A DNA stretch of 64,000 bases from Klebsormidium nitens (taxonomy: Eukaryota > Plantae > Klebsormidiophyceae), in assembly GCA_000708835.1 (NCBI GenBank), contig DF237126.1:97352-161351 (forward strand). Reading direction: 5' to 3'. Every line of letters starts with the position of its first letter. Position 1 is the stretch's first letter. The notes beneath the pieces were generated by a model that ran no database searches, had not been told where the DNA came from, and worked only from the letters and a program-made list of their open reading frames with translations. The position numbers were made by a program, and so were the translations under genes. Below are positions 51,020-64,000 of this stretch, piece by piece.

Positions 51020-54000
51020 CTATGGTGTGAAGTTTACCGTAGCTTGTCGTCGCAAGAAGGCTTTCGCCTCTTCAAACTCGATTTTCTCATTGCGAGCAAC
51101 CTGCAATGCAGAAAGCGATGTTTTGGAAATCGTGGGCCTTGTCAACCCCATGTGAGCGGCTCAAGGACGCTCTCTCCGCAGATGACGTAGCTCACACTTA
51201 TGTCGGAGAATCGGGGCCAACGGGGAGTTCACTGAGAGCGTCTTGCATAACATCACGAACATTACGATCGCTTTGCCGACGCACAGGCATGTGAAGGGGA
51301 CCACATTCAAATCGAGGAGAATGTGAAGAACGTCGCTTACCTCTTCTAGTAGAAGATTCCACTTAAAGTCTTGAAGCGACTTCTCCCCGAACTTGGCCCA
51401 TGACACGCTAGCAGCCACCTGAAGAAAAGCAGAAATCACCTCGAGGAACGAAGACACATGAAGCAATCAAATGTTGCCATCACGCTCGGAAAAAGGACGA
51501 CAAAACAGTTACGAAGCTTTGGGGAACAAGCCAGCACGCAGATGCGACATTTTGGCGCTACTTAACCAGACCGTCGACTCCCGAAACGTTGCACTTGCGC
51601 GAGGGCACCCCACCTTGTCTACATCTGCTTCGCTCGTTTCCAGCAACACTCTCCGAACCTCTTGGTCGATCAAATCATTCGTCTTCCGCTCCGCGGTCGC
51701 CCGAAGGTCCGCCTCGATGTCCGCCCTGCCAGACCGGAGCGCAAGTCCGAGTGAGCACAGAGGGTGTTCATAAGGCGCCGTTTCGAAGTGAGCTCGATGG
51801 CTCACTTGGTTCCTAAGTGGGGGCCTTTACAAAGGCGTCTTTGGATAAGGGACCTGAAGCCGCTTGCGCAAACCTTGAACGGATGCGGAGAAGGTGATTG
51901 GATACAGGGGAGCAAACGGCCGCTTAGGATTACAGCATGACTTGGTCATCGTAACCTGGATACGAAACCGGAGTTGGTCACTTTCATCCGAGCCTCGACG
52001 CCTTGCTTAGCGGACGGCCTCTTTGATGGACGACGCATCCAGCTCACCTGATCGCCGCCTCTGGCCGAGGGTCTTTCTCCAGCATTTTCTTGATGCCAAT
52101 CTCGTGCACGGTTACAGTAAACCGGGCGCTGCACAAGCAGAGAGCTAGACCAAGTTAGAGACGAAGGCATCGCTGCGCCGACCAGAGCATTCGGCAGGCC
52201 TGACATCATGCACGAATTGGTGGGCCTCTTGAGAAAGGGAGCCATCAAGCGGTGGAAAGCGGGACTTCAGAGAAGGATAAGAGCGAAGAGGCGAGGGCCG
52301 ACCGGTATGCGGTCAAGTTCCAGTAGAATGCTAATCAGATTTTAGCACTCTAATCAAATTTCAGCACGGGAAGGAGCCGCTTGTTCCAACTCACGACGTC
52401 CCAAGGACCAAAACGACGGTTGCTTTAAGAGGGAAGGATGCGTCAACGAGCTCCTGTGATTCATTTTGTGCACTCGAAACAAGAAATTTTAATTCCTTTC
52501 GACTTTCCGGAAGTGAACACAAGCGACTGGGTACTCACGCGACGTTCCTGAGCGGCACAGCCTTGTAGTCCGCAGGGAATGTCAACGTGAAACTTTTGCT
52601 CTCCTCCTGCGGGCAAAATTCCCATGAATTGCGGGAGCGCAGGTGTCACTGAAAGCGATCGACGCTGTACCTATGGACACAGGTGCGGCAGCTTGCACGT
52701 CATCACATCGTCAGATTTTGACAGCATTACAGCTGGCTTGAAACTGGATGCGGAGAATTGCAACCGTACCTGGCCCATCCCGTTCTTCACAATCTGCTCC
52801 ACGAAGGTCTTCCAAGGGTCGTCCTCTCTTGGCTGCGAGCCGGATGCTCTTTCGTTAGTAATCTGATCACAAGCTCGCAGCATACTGGATAGGGCTGATC
52901 TGGACGGAGAGACTTGCCAAGGCACTCGAGAAAGCCTGGGACGAAGTTAGCGGGTTGATGGAAGGTAACTCTGCTCTTCCACCAAACGGCATCCGATTGG
53001 ATGAGTAGATTTCCCAAAGAAGGCAAGCAATGAGGCACAGGTCAAGCAAGCGGACTGACTGGCGCTTAGGTCCCCTTATGCCAAACAGAGCGGAACGAAC
53101 AGAACAGAAGAGAGACCAAGGAACGGACTCCTCGTCAAACAGGGCAGGGTCGTAGCGGGGAAACTCGAGACTGCGCAGGCTCGCCTCCAATCGACACCAA
53201 CCCTCAAGCACTACTTCTCAAATTTCAGCGAGACCAAGGGAGGGCTTGGCAGCGGGCGGAATCGGCTTTGAAACCAGGTTTGACGAATGGTACCAATCTC
53301 ACCTGAAGCTCCAGCTCGAAGAAGTCCGCCTTGGTGCCCCGGATGAGTTGCCCTGCGTTTGGCCCGTCGGAATACTTGCCCTCAAAGCTGACCTTGACCT
53401 TCACGATGATGACTCGAGATTAAGTAGCGGATAGATCGAAACCAGGAGGAGAGGAGGACAGCCAAGCTCTCGTTTTCAGGTGCGCGAAACAACCGTCCTA
53501 AACCTGGACCGAACGTCTCAGCAAAACTGGGATCAGTAAAGCTCAAAAGCACAGCTGATCCACGGAGTCACATGTGACGCGCTAAACAATCCTTGAAGCA
53601 CATCATTTACTTTTAGGATAAACGAGTGGAGTACTCTTCGAGCAGAGCTAAAGCTGAAAACAGGGTTGTGCCCGTGCTTACCATGTGCCCGATTTTGGCT
53701 CCAGAACCTGCGAGCAAACAGAATCTGCTTCAGCATTCCCACTAGCAGTGAAGACGCGATGTGATAGCCATTTCCTGCACTTCAGTCTCAGATTACTACT
53801 TACGGTCGAAGTTTACGAGCAAACAAGATGCTCAGAACTAAGGCAGAGTCGTATTTCAAGGCAACGTTTTTTTCCTCAAAGTCTACGTTTGTCCCAGTGC
53901 CTTCTGCTTGTGCGATTCTGGCCATTTGCATAATGTGCAGAGCTTCATATGGCATACCTGTGAAGTTGATGCGCTCAAAGTCGTAGGTCTTTCCAAGCTT

Positions 54001-55661
54001 CGCCTTGAGAGCCTGTCGAGATTGTAAGCCGACACTTCAGTATAAGCAACGGTGAAATACTCGTAATTTTTCTAACTCGGAGAATCACAGTCATTGAAGT
54101 AGAGGTCACTTCAGGAAATGAAAGATCCAATCCGTGCTGAGCAGTCGGTCTGACATGTGGAAAGAATCGATTCTTGATAAGTACCCAGTGACAACCACCC
54201 ACCTTCTCAATCTCGTCGTTGGAGACCTGCATGGCAAATTCCGGTGTCAGCGCAGCATTCAGACCAGTCCACTTATGGCAAGGTGAACAAGTTGCATTCA
54301 ATCAGATTCGAGCCTGAGTCATAGGAGCTAAGGTCTCTGCTTGCTCCTTGCACATTTCAACACATTGGATGGGAACCGCTGGGATCACCGTACATATCGC
54401 TTGTTCTTCTGTGCACCTGAATGCACGCAGTGCTCACCTCAAACTTTTTGGCAGAAACCTTGATCGCTCCATCTTTGTAGGGGCCGAGAGCGATCTTCAC
54501 CTGGAACGTCAATGGAAACAACCAAGGTCTCGATAAGCAAAGCTAGCGCAGCGAGTTGCCCATAAAGGAATACCCTTTGCAGAAGTTAAGGGAAGCAACC
54601 ACATTTCACAACAGGAATACGTCAAAGAATGGCGTTTCATATGGAAACACCCTGCTGATACATTGAGATCTTGGAAATCTCTTGAGATTTGTAGACAATT
54701 GGATCAAGAACTGGAAGGCACCAAGTTGCAAGGTACAGAGCCACAAGGGAGCATCCACAATGTTGGATACAAAGTAAGGGGTCAGCGCACCTTCTGTTCT
54801 GTTCTTCCCCTACTGTACTCGTCTGTGAAGCTGTCAGCCGACGCCAGCACAAGGGGGCGATGGATCCGGAGAATCTGTAAGACCAAGGGGACGGCTTCAG
54901 GCAATCTGCAGCATTGGGTAGATTTTACTGGGGCCAGCCGTTCGGTTTGCTGTCCAAATGTTAATCGCTCAACGACTACCTCTTCAACAACTTCATGATT
55001 ATGTAACAAGTATCTCCTCATGTTAGCAAGGAGCATTCGAAAAGTGTCAATGAGCTCAGGCTTTAGAGCTGGCACTGCTGTCCACTTTACGACATTTGAC
55101 ATCGCCCTCATGACAGTGCACATTGAGCAGCTGGACATGCTTCAGCCAGCAGGACTGCTGTCTGATACATTCTTGGTAATGGTGTTTACTCTAATGAGGC
55201 CCAAGTCCAACAAATGTGACGCTAATGTGCCAAGGCGCCGCTTCTATGAAACAGTTGACAGACCAGGGCTTGCAGGTTAATCGAATTGCGAGTTTGAGCA
55301 AGGCTTTTTAAAAGGATTGTTTGCTGGTTCGAGATTGGCTGTGCCTTTCTGAAGAGACAACCTTAGAAAGAACGCGTTAAAAAGGAAGTCTCATTCCACA
55401 AGCTGAGCGTCTCAAAGCACATTGCTTGACCAATATGCTCACCTGCCTTGGCCTAGCATCGAATAACTGGCTTACAGGTGGACCTCCTGAGCAGAAAGTA
55501 TTTTGCCCAATCGATGATGTACCAGGCAATGCAGCAGCGCGCAGCCAGCTCTCCGCTGGAGAAGCTCGTGAAGCCTCGTTGATGCCCCCAGCATTGTTGA
55601 GGGTGGAGCTAAAACAGCTCAAGGCATGAGCCGTATGCAAGGTGCACGCCATTGCTGCCAT
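51020..55661 (-). CDS. Plastid trigger-factor-like protein (FKBP-type domain plus shortened C-terminal domain)
   Basis: Assembled exons give GAKIGHM|VKVSFEGKYSDG...FFELELQ|PREDDPWKTFVEQIVKNGMGQ|EESKSFTLTFPADYKAVPLRNVA|ARFTVTVHEIG...ATAERKTNDLIDQEVRRVLLE...EEAKAFLRRQATVNFTP*, which follows the TF PPIase and C-domain pattern. Transit-peptide-like first exon from ATG 55661. N-terminal exons are uncertain. Confidence 0.7.
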
Positions 55662-56598
55662 CTTGTCCAGCTGAAAGAGAATTGTGAAGGCAGTGATTTT
55701 GCAAATGGTTTTCTGGCATTTCTGGCAGTATTCCACGGAATATCCTAAGATATTTGTTGGGGTCGCCTAGCTCGTCGTGCAGACTTCAGAACCGTCAGTG
55801 TCGGCGTCAGTGGCGAGAGGATTATGCGGGGCAGAGCTCAGCGGCTGTGCAAAGAGCCGGCAGGTTCTACCACCGCCTTTCACGACAATTCACCAGATAT
55901 GTCAAAAATGGCGCTCGCAAATTGGAAAATATCTTCCAATGGCAAGGGCACAAATTGATTTGTCATTGCCTTGAGCCTTGAAGTTGAAGTTGAAGAGATC
56001 CAATTGTTCAGCAACTTGAAGCCATGAGAAGTCAGCATTGGCGCGCCTGCACTGGCAGCTCTTTCCACTGCCAGATTGCTTTTCCTTGGACAGAATCTTG
56101 TTTTCCCTCCCTGTATTCTGTCTGCCCCATATAGCTTGCTGATGTTCTCTCACGATGGCTGCTGCACTTCAGGGCTTGGACTTTTCCGGCTACATGGATC
56201 CACTCATCCAGGCTGCAAGATCTGAGCTGCAGAATAAGACAGCATACGCCAGGGTGTGGCTGGAGCCTTTTCATGACGAGTTGAGAGCTGTTGGCAAGCA
56301 CTATGATTGGTGAGCACGTGACCAATGACAGGACCTATTTCTGTTTAGCTCTCAACAAGCTTCCCCGATCAGGTTGTTGCCGAGAAACAAACTTAATTAG
56401 CGAAAGCTTATAAGGTGATGTCCTTCATGATTGCCAGAGACGGTCCTTCTCAGTTGACAAGCAGCAAGTCAAGCTTTTCTGGTCAAGATAAAATCCAGGT
56501 TGAGCTTTTTCATCACAGACCTCGTCTTTCCTCACTATCCAGCTTGAGACATTCAGTTCCAAATGTTCGCCCCCACCCAAAAAGATGTTCCTGAAGTC

Positions 56599-59124
56599 AT
56601 GATGGTTGCTGAGGATATGGTTCTGTTCTCGTTGATCCACGGTTTTTCTAGGAGCTTTGAATCTTATGCATCAGAGGAATCAGTTGACGGAATCTTGACA
56701 TCACTGTCAAAATCCACTCCAGTATTCAATCCTGTTAGTTCCTTTCTCAAATGACCAAAAGTATTTACCTCGCCGCAGGCTTCCCTTCGAGCTGCTTCTA
56801 GTGATGCACTCCCTGTACGTCGCCTCCCTCTTTCGCCGGACTGAGTACACACGCTTCTGGCCGGCCCTCTTCTGGGTGTCCTTCATCGCCGCCTTTGGGA
56901 GTGGCAGCCTGGTCAACATCTGTTTTCACGACTACCCAGCCTGGCTCAGAAGTGACGCCATCCTGCTGACCTACGCAGTCTGCTGGTATCTGGTGTTGTT
57001 CAGTCCTGGGGACGTAGTCTTCAAGGTGTACAGTATGCTGCCTATCAGGGTGAGTAGTCCCGTCGGACGCAAGCCGTGGGATGTAGAAGCGCTCTCTGAT
57101 GGACTTTTCTCTCCTCTCTCGCTTGGATAGGACTTGCAAACCGAACTTAACCTTGCTAGCAATGCCTTGATATCGCTGGAGTTTGTTTCTGAGCTGACTT
57201 CAAACAAGGGAGGCATCTACAAAACGTTTTACTGTTGGAAGAAGCCTTTCCTAATTGTTGCATCTCTCTCAGCTGGAGGCCACGAACCTTTTATAGGTGT
57301 CCTTTTGAAAACGAGCCCTCGAGACGCAGCCTGACTGTTGACCTGAGAGGCGTACTGGCTACCTTTCCCTTTTATTGGACTGAAGTTTCAATAAAACCTC
57401 CGGCATCTCTGACACCTCCTATGACGTGATTGGACGGCAATCAATGGAAACAACGTCATTTTCATCCGCCGACTCCCAGGCGACTCTAGACAGTGAACGG
57501 TTTTCTCTACAGGCTGCTTGCAAGCTGGCCACGACGCTTCTCAAAGCCCGCAACGTCGCCAACTCGGTCCACCGCGCCGTTCAAGTCTTTGGCCCTAGCC
57601 AAATCGTGGCGCCGCTGTTTTTCGGCGTCCTGGGGGGGTGTGGGGGCACCTATCTCACGGACATGGCTTCTTATATCTTGGGGATCAAGAAGCCTATCGA
57701 ATTCCTCGAACCGTCCTGGTAAGGGCAGGTGTCGAGGGTCGTTAGTCAAATATCGAGATACATCTGACCCCAGCAGTCTACAGTTGCAAGTCGTGATCTG
57801 ATTGAAGACGGTGAAAACGGGTTCGTAGGTAGAAACTTTCGTCTCGATCCAGAGAAAGTCTGTGCCGTAAAACCGAGAAACGGATTCTTAGGTGGAATTG
57901 TCCGGCTCGATCCAGATAAAGGCTGTTCCGTAAGACCGTTTTGATCTTTATGCTGTTCCTTCTAGTCTCAACTTTGCCAGATAGCCCATTGGCCGTTTGG
58001 TCGCCTTGATGTTCCCTTTTAACGGTCACCTGCCAAATACCTCCGCACCTTCTATACAACAGTGTCCGTCCAGCGTTCGAGGATGGGCCCTCGATATCTT
58101 TGCTGATTGGAAGAACACCCTATTCCCTACGAGACTTGGCATAGTACGATACTTGACACAGTACTCTTTCCAGTCAAAAGCAGCTCTCACGCTTTGGATA
58201 CTCACGTTACAATGGCTTGCTGTCTGCTTCGTCTTTGCCTTTTCCCTTTCTTGCAGCGACAGACACCTTGATTCCTCGTCCTCCGCAGGGCGACTCGGTC
58301 CGTTTTTCTGAGCGCCGCCTTCTACCTGTTCGCTGTGCACTGGTACGCCATTCTTCCGCAAGACGTGGCCACCACTATCGGTGTCTCCGTTCTGGTAAGC
58401 CTGCCGCTCGTTCCTCCCGCTCGTCTTCCGCTGAGCTCTCAGCTTGCCCTTCTTTGCGCGGCCATCAAATTGTTCGTGGCTTTCGGGATCCTCCTATGGT
58501 CGATTAAGGCTTTCTAATGAAATGTGTACGCAAAGACGAGAGCTTGAGCCTCTTCAGTGGAGTTTGGTTTCTTGCGAGAACAGAACGGCCGCAGAGCCAG
58601 GATGAGTCGATGACGCCCTGCGTGCCTTCATTCTGAAAGCTTCTTCAACGCAATGCAATTTGCGAGGAAGAAATAACGGTGATGAAACGCCGTCGTTTTG
58701 TTGCTGCAGGCCGCGCAGAGTTTAGGGGCCGAGCTGACAGGCTGGCCGCTTGACTTCACCGCACCGTTTGAGTACATGTTCCATTCACTGAGGTGGGCCG
58801 CGCCGAACACTTGAGCCCGCTCTTTGGGTCGAATTGTGCCCACTTCATTGCACACAAAGTGGGGAACCAACTTTCTGTCGACTTAGGCATTCAAAGTCTT
58901 CGGGTTCGTGTGGTGATTGCTGCCGGAAGATCTGCCCGCGACTTGGAAGCGCACAGAGGTCTTTCCCTGTCTGCGAATCGCCAATTTCTTACGGTCTCGA
59001 TATGCCCCACAAACCCGCGTTGCGTGTTTGCAGCGGCATCCCTGTCGCTTCGATTTGGAAAGACGGGGGGCATCAACCAAGCGGGAAAGCCGTCTTTGAG
59101 GCACGAAAAAAGAAGGTCATGTAA
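56599..59124 (+). CDS. TRIC: TRIC/TMEM38-family trimeric intracellular cation channel
   Basis: VMHSLYVA...FWVSFIAAFGSGSL...DYPAWLRSDAILLTYAVCWYLVLFSPGD, GVLGGCGG, WPLDFTAPFEYMFH (compare the TMEM38 PF.PFE motif). Exons join in phase. Ends EARKKKVM* (KKxx). Confidence 0.8.
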
Positions 59125-60123
59125 ATACTGCGCAGCGCTCAAGGTATGCCATAGATTTGGACAAGCCACCTGTACATGTTCTTACAGATTAAAAGCTAGC
59201 ACTTGCCACGATTCGCCGGCCACATCGAGGCCTCAAATTCACCAACAAGATGCGCGCACTGATCAGATTGATTGAGCTCACGGAACCTGCAGCCCGCAGT
59301 TATGCAGATACCTTGCAGGCACTTAAAGTGCATTAAAGTGCAATTCGTTCATGTGCATCACCATGCCGGCCATGGGCTGGCCGGATTTCGGTAATGATGG
59401 CGGCATGGCGGAATATGTATTCTTGTGCTTTGCTCAGATCCCAAAATCTAATTAAGCAGAAATCTGTGTATATACATTGCACCTGTATGCTGCGCATAAG
59501 CGCACTGACATAGTAGAATGCAAATGCAAGTAGACGTAGTTATCGTTACATGGTATCATGGAGATCTTTAATTGTCGACTTGCATGACGCGACCGAGACG
59601 CGAGGCTGCAATTAAGCCGGGTAATGCATGGCGTAGTGCAACCGGCCCGCGCGACCAGGCGGCAGCTCAATCATGTGATCGGATCGAGTAACATGAGACA
59701 CATGACGGTATAATGCATTCACGATCCGGCGATCCGGCCTGAGCCGCCGCGTCGGACCTTCATTGGCGGGAAGAAAGTGCGGCATGCAGAACATGGCGTA
59801 CATCTGTCTAACTGATATGTACACCAACTTGTGCGGCAAACGGCTCAGTGACAGAACGAAAACACTAGGCTGCAGCTCTTTGGTTTCCAAGCGCAGATTG
59901 AAAATCGGGCAAAGGATTGTTTATGTGCACTGGCCGTACGTTACACAAGAATGACCTGGATGCGTGTTCCTATTCCCTATATCCAACAATTGTCTCCACT
60001 CAGGAGCGAGCCAGTGCTATATTGCACATTCCGATCACCGATTTTGCAGTTTTGTTAGGGTATGCACTTTCTCGCGATCCCGCTATGGTACAACTGTACA
60101 CGGTATCATAGAACCTTTTGCGC

Positions 60124-63100
60124 CTACACCACTGGGCCGCATGACATCCACTTGGCAACCCGGCCCAAGGGGGAATTCTGCGCTCTTTGCGCGTTGCTCG
60201 ATAGGTCCACCGTTCTCATGCGTTTGTACCAAGCGTGCAGAACCTTGCCTAGGTTACCAGACGGCTCCCACGTGTCGCACCCAGAGCCATCCATGTTCCA
60301 AAAAGCCTGCGTCAAGTCCTGCGAGCGAAAACCCCTCGCTCAGAGCCAAGGTAAAATGCAATCTCAAGCGTTCAGAGTGTGTGCAGGAACCTGTTCTAGA
60401 CTGCATACAAAGAGTCATCGGGTACATTCACAGTCACAGACTCGGTGCCTGATGAAGACAACAATCTATCCGTTGAAAGTATCCTTTGGCCTCGCAACAC
60501 ATAAGATACGTGAGGAACCAGACTTGCGAGGGGAAGACCAGGAAAGCTCCTTCATAAGTACATGCTATAGCAGTCAACGATGCAGTCTGCAATCTGCTAT
60601 TCCCAACAAACGCCCATCGACCATGGAGCAAGGAGCTTTCCAATTCAGAACAATCGACCACATTTGTACCATTACAAGAACCGAGTCTGGCTTTCGAGCC
60701 AATCCGTCTCTTCCTGATTGCGCAACCGTTGAGTGACGTTCTCAGAAGTCGGCTTACCTTCCGGGCGACAAAGGTCTCCATCGCTTTCCGAGCAGCAGCG
60801 ACATCGGGGGGCGTCTGCAGCAGGTTGAGGCGGGCCAGGTGGCAGAGCGCCGTAAGCAGGAAGCGGCCGGAGGGGGCGTCGTCTTTTTGCTGCGCAGACT
60901 GCTCCAACTCCACAAATAGCTCCAAGTCCGCCTTCGCCTGCAGAGCAGTAACGCGCGTCAGCAGTGGTGGGAGTTTGTTTTGCGAAGGCAGTAAACTTCA
61001 AGACAGAGTAAAGAGTTCAGCAAGAGATGGAAACCGTTTGAACGAAGGATTGGGGACGGATGTAACAGGCAAATGCCACGAACTTGAGAAATATAATCTA
61101 ACCAAACCGAACAGTCAGTTTCCGAGCAGACTCGTTGAAACGGCACTTGGCGCCTGCCTGCATCAGTCTGAAGGAGCCTTTCTGAGCACAGCATATGGCA
61201 GAGGCAACGTCAGTCTGGCGAGAGGTCAACTTCAACCGCAAAACTGTTTGGCAAACGATTTTCCATAATCAGAACCGTCTTCCCCGACCTTCACATGACC
61301 CGACTGCCGGCGAACGGCTCACCTCCCGGGTCTGTCCCAGAGCCCGCCACGTGAGGCCCCGGAAAAAGTAGACCGCCCTTCGCTCCTGCAACGTTTCCAG
61401 CTCAAGCTCGGGCCGATGCAGCAAAACAGGGCCCGCCACTTTCGGGTCCGCTTCCTTTATCAACCCTAACACATCCTTCGTTTGCGTGCACAACTGATCG
61501 ACACACAAGCTCTGCAGTGACCCCACCCCCCCCGAAGGTTTTGGCACCGTCAATCCGTCCCTAGTTGCCTCCGAAAGGTCCCTGAGAGCGAGTTTCAAAG
61601 CCCGGTCCCGGTAACCAACGTCGTCGAAGATCGGCTCCTGGGGTCGCACGCCTAGTTCTTCCTCGATCAGAAAAACCACGATGCGCTTCTCGTCGTCTTC
61701 GGTGTAGTGCTTCTTGCGCGCGATCTCGATGAAGCACGCCGCCCGGAAGAGCAGGAACTTCCAGCGGCGGCGCTTGATGAGCTCCGGAAGGGTGGCGGCG
61801 TCGCGGCACCGCTCGTGGCAGCGAGTCCACAGGGGGAGCGCGCCGCGGCACACCTGGGAAGAGTTGGAATCATGGGCGAATGATATCTTTGTGAACCTCT
61901 TTTGAAATTGTGGAGACTTCAGATTGCTTTGAAGGTTTTGGAGTGCCTCAGAATCATTTTGAGAAGCAGCGCGTTCACCGGGGAGTGTGCCGGGCCTCAC
62001 CAGAGAACGTGCAGGCCAAGGTCAGGAACTTGAGCTTCTTTGAAACTGGAAAGGGTTACGAACAGTTCAGGGTTCTTTCAAGGTATTGACCAGTGGCTGC
62101 GACCTGTGTGACGGGCAGCGGGTCAAAAGGGGAAGCGTAGGACTGTTGAGGGACTTGAATTACTTCAAGGCTATCCAAGTTCGAGGTTTTTCAACATCGA
62201 CTTTACAGAGGGGCACGGGCTGACATGGGGAGCACGCAAGGGCAATTCCTCAAAAGAAGGGTGAGACTAGCTGGGAGCTTTACGAAATCAAGATGGCATG
62301 TGTCTGCAAATCTTGAGCATTCTGAGGATATCGGAAAATTGACAGACAACTTTGACAGACCCATGGAATCACTTAGGAAAAGCCTGGGCGCTATTCTGTC
62401 AGATTGGGTACTCGATGGGACTATTCGAAACCGTCATAGAACCAGCCAAACGCTCTTGAGCAATTTGAGCATAATAGGATGGATGGATGGCCGATCTTGA
62501 TTATGCGACACAGAGTTTGAACACCTTGCGCGCTACACATCAGCATGAGAGAGGAAGAAGCTCATAGAAACATAGAGGTTCAAAAGAGTCGACAGCACGC
62601 AGGGCCATCGAGATCCGACACCGAGGCATACCTGAAAGCTCATGAATTGCACCCCCATCACGACCAGCAGCAGCAGAATGCGGCTCCGGATGTCCCGCTC
62701 GTGCGCCGGCCCCGACAAACTCGTCCCAGGGGGGTCCAGGAACAGCGCCGACCGGTTCACATCATGCACCGACCTCCTCGAGAAGCACGTGCACACGTTC
62801 ACAATGTCCTCGTCATTGAGGACCGCACACGCGTAAACCTCGAACGCTCCGTTCACCGCCTCCGCGCGCTTGCGAGACGCACTGCGGCCCCCGTCGTCCA
62901 GGGGAATGCTGACGTCATCCTGGCTGGAGTAGACGCGCTGTGCATTCTCGGCCCAGCGGAGGGACTCGGCGAGCGAGGAGCGCGAGATGGCGAGGCCCTT
63001 GCTGGCGATGAGCGCCTGGGGGTTGGACAGGTGCTTGCGCCGCAGGTCCACAAATAGGGGGGGTGGCAGGAGTGCCTCTTCGGAGAGTTCCTTGAGCTGC

Positions 63101-63204
63101 CGGATGATGTTGGATTTTGACAACTTTGGCCAGGTGTCCGGTTCGTCCGGGTTCGTGCGGGAGGGGAAGCGCGCGAGGAAGGTGAGGACGCGCCGCCAGC
63201 ACAT
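60124..63204 (-). CDS. Uncharacterised TPR-containing protein; at least 4 exons, 5' end may lie further upstream
   Basis: Exons about 63210-62628, 61855-61325, 60938-60757 and 60325-60124 join in phase 0. The junction creates AVYFFRGLTWRALGQTRE|AKADLELFVELE, a TPR consensus. Confidence 0.7.
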
Positions 63205-64000
63205 CGTGCTGTCCGACTAGCTCCCAGGGGCTACAAGAAGCAGGGGTTGGCTAAAATGAGTAGATATGACGAACTGGAACGCTTATCAACTCATTGCCTT
63301 GCGCTCTGTCTCTTCTTCCGCAGCAGTTCAGAAGCATTCGCCCCACCCTAATGATTATGATGAACACTTCCAAAATTGTGATTGATGATCAGAGGCAGGC
63401 TATTTATTGGCTTATCTGAGAACTTCACCGAGCCTCTTTTCAGTGTCCTCAAAGGCCTGCATTCTTGGCTCAAAACCTTCCGAAAGGTTTCCTGAGCGCC
63501 GTGCGTTGACCTTAATCGAGTTTTATTGCACCAGGGAATGAGAAGGTGGTCGTGCAAGTAAATATGCAACATGCAGTCCCACAGCCTTTGGTGCCCACCT
63601 CGGAGATGATAGGTTTCCCTCAAATTCTGAGCTGCTTCCCGACCTGTCAATCAGGCGCAGCCATGTTGCATCATGCGCTCCTTTCTGAACCTGCAAGCGC
63701 CCCCTCAAGCGCCCTGGCAAACTCACGTCAAGGTGGACTGTTTTGCAACTTTTGGACTTCAGCTTGCGATTCACCGTGCGCACATGGTGCATGATGCAGC
63801 CTCACATAAGTACCCATGCAGAAGCATCCTCAATGTTTGGCCGGTGTCAAAATTTGTCAATTGCTTTCAAGCGACCAGTAAGGTAAAAGCACCAATTCTC
63901 GGACACCTAAGCGCGTTCAGGGTAAAATCAGGTCAAATGATGGTCAAATTTTGAGCTTGCTACATTGGGGCTATCTGCCACATAAAATCTGGCTCAAAAC

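Noticed and set aside
58443-58517. LALLCAAIKLF... as the last TRIC exon
   Set aside because: The downstream exons (about 58711-58792 and 59031-59124) give the family-like TAPFE motif and a KKxx end, so they fit better.
58793-59275. ORF with RRSCKYC...CTC as a zinc-finger gene
   Set aside because: It is an alternative frame over the TRIC final intron, exon and 3' UTR.
62545-63057. Long antisense or alternative-frame ORFs over GC-rich exons (also 5341-5880, 17331-17753, 34638-35336, 35570-36124)
   Set aside because: Shadow ORFs caused by GC-biased codon usage on the true coding strand.

Overview
Eukaryotic, intron-rich (GT-AG) nuclear DNA. The gene content and the closeness of the proteins to land-plant orthologues suggest a streptophyte green alga, Klebsormidium-like (inference). 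I assembled ten host genes by hand from exons. In order: a plastid-type EamA/DMT transporter (+), a secreted potato type I protease inhibitor (-), an EMB1381-like P-loop protein (-), SERRATE (-), DRE2/anamorsin (+), APE1 (+), a DMI1/CASTOR/POLLUX nuclear cation channel (-), a truncated trigger-factor-like protein (-), a TRIC/TMEM38 channel (+) and an unknown TPR protein (-). The standout is a complete 9,371-bp DNA transposon (40706-50076). It has 13-bp CAGWGGTTCTAGC terminal inverted repeats and an exact 8-bp target-site duplication (CCCCGGAC). It encodes one very large, roughly 11-exon DDE transposase that does not look like a canonical hAT (GDHTF / WVDN / EDATH / SLEGYH motifs, DUF6729-like from memory), with an internal 75-bp minisatellite-coded Pro/Gly/Gln region. 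The element sits immediately upstream of the DMI1-family gene. That channel has the ADAGNH filter (Ala, as in Medicago DMI1) rather than ADSGNH. All family assignments come from recalled motif similarity, not database searches. Exon borders are hand-derived.
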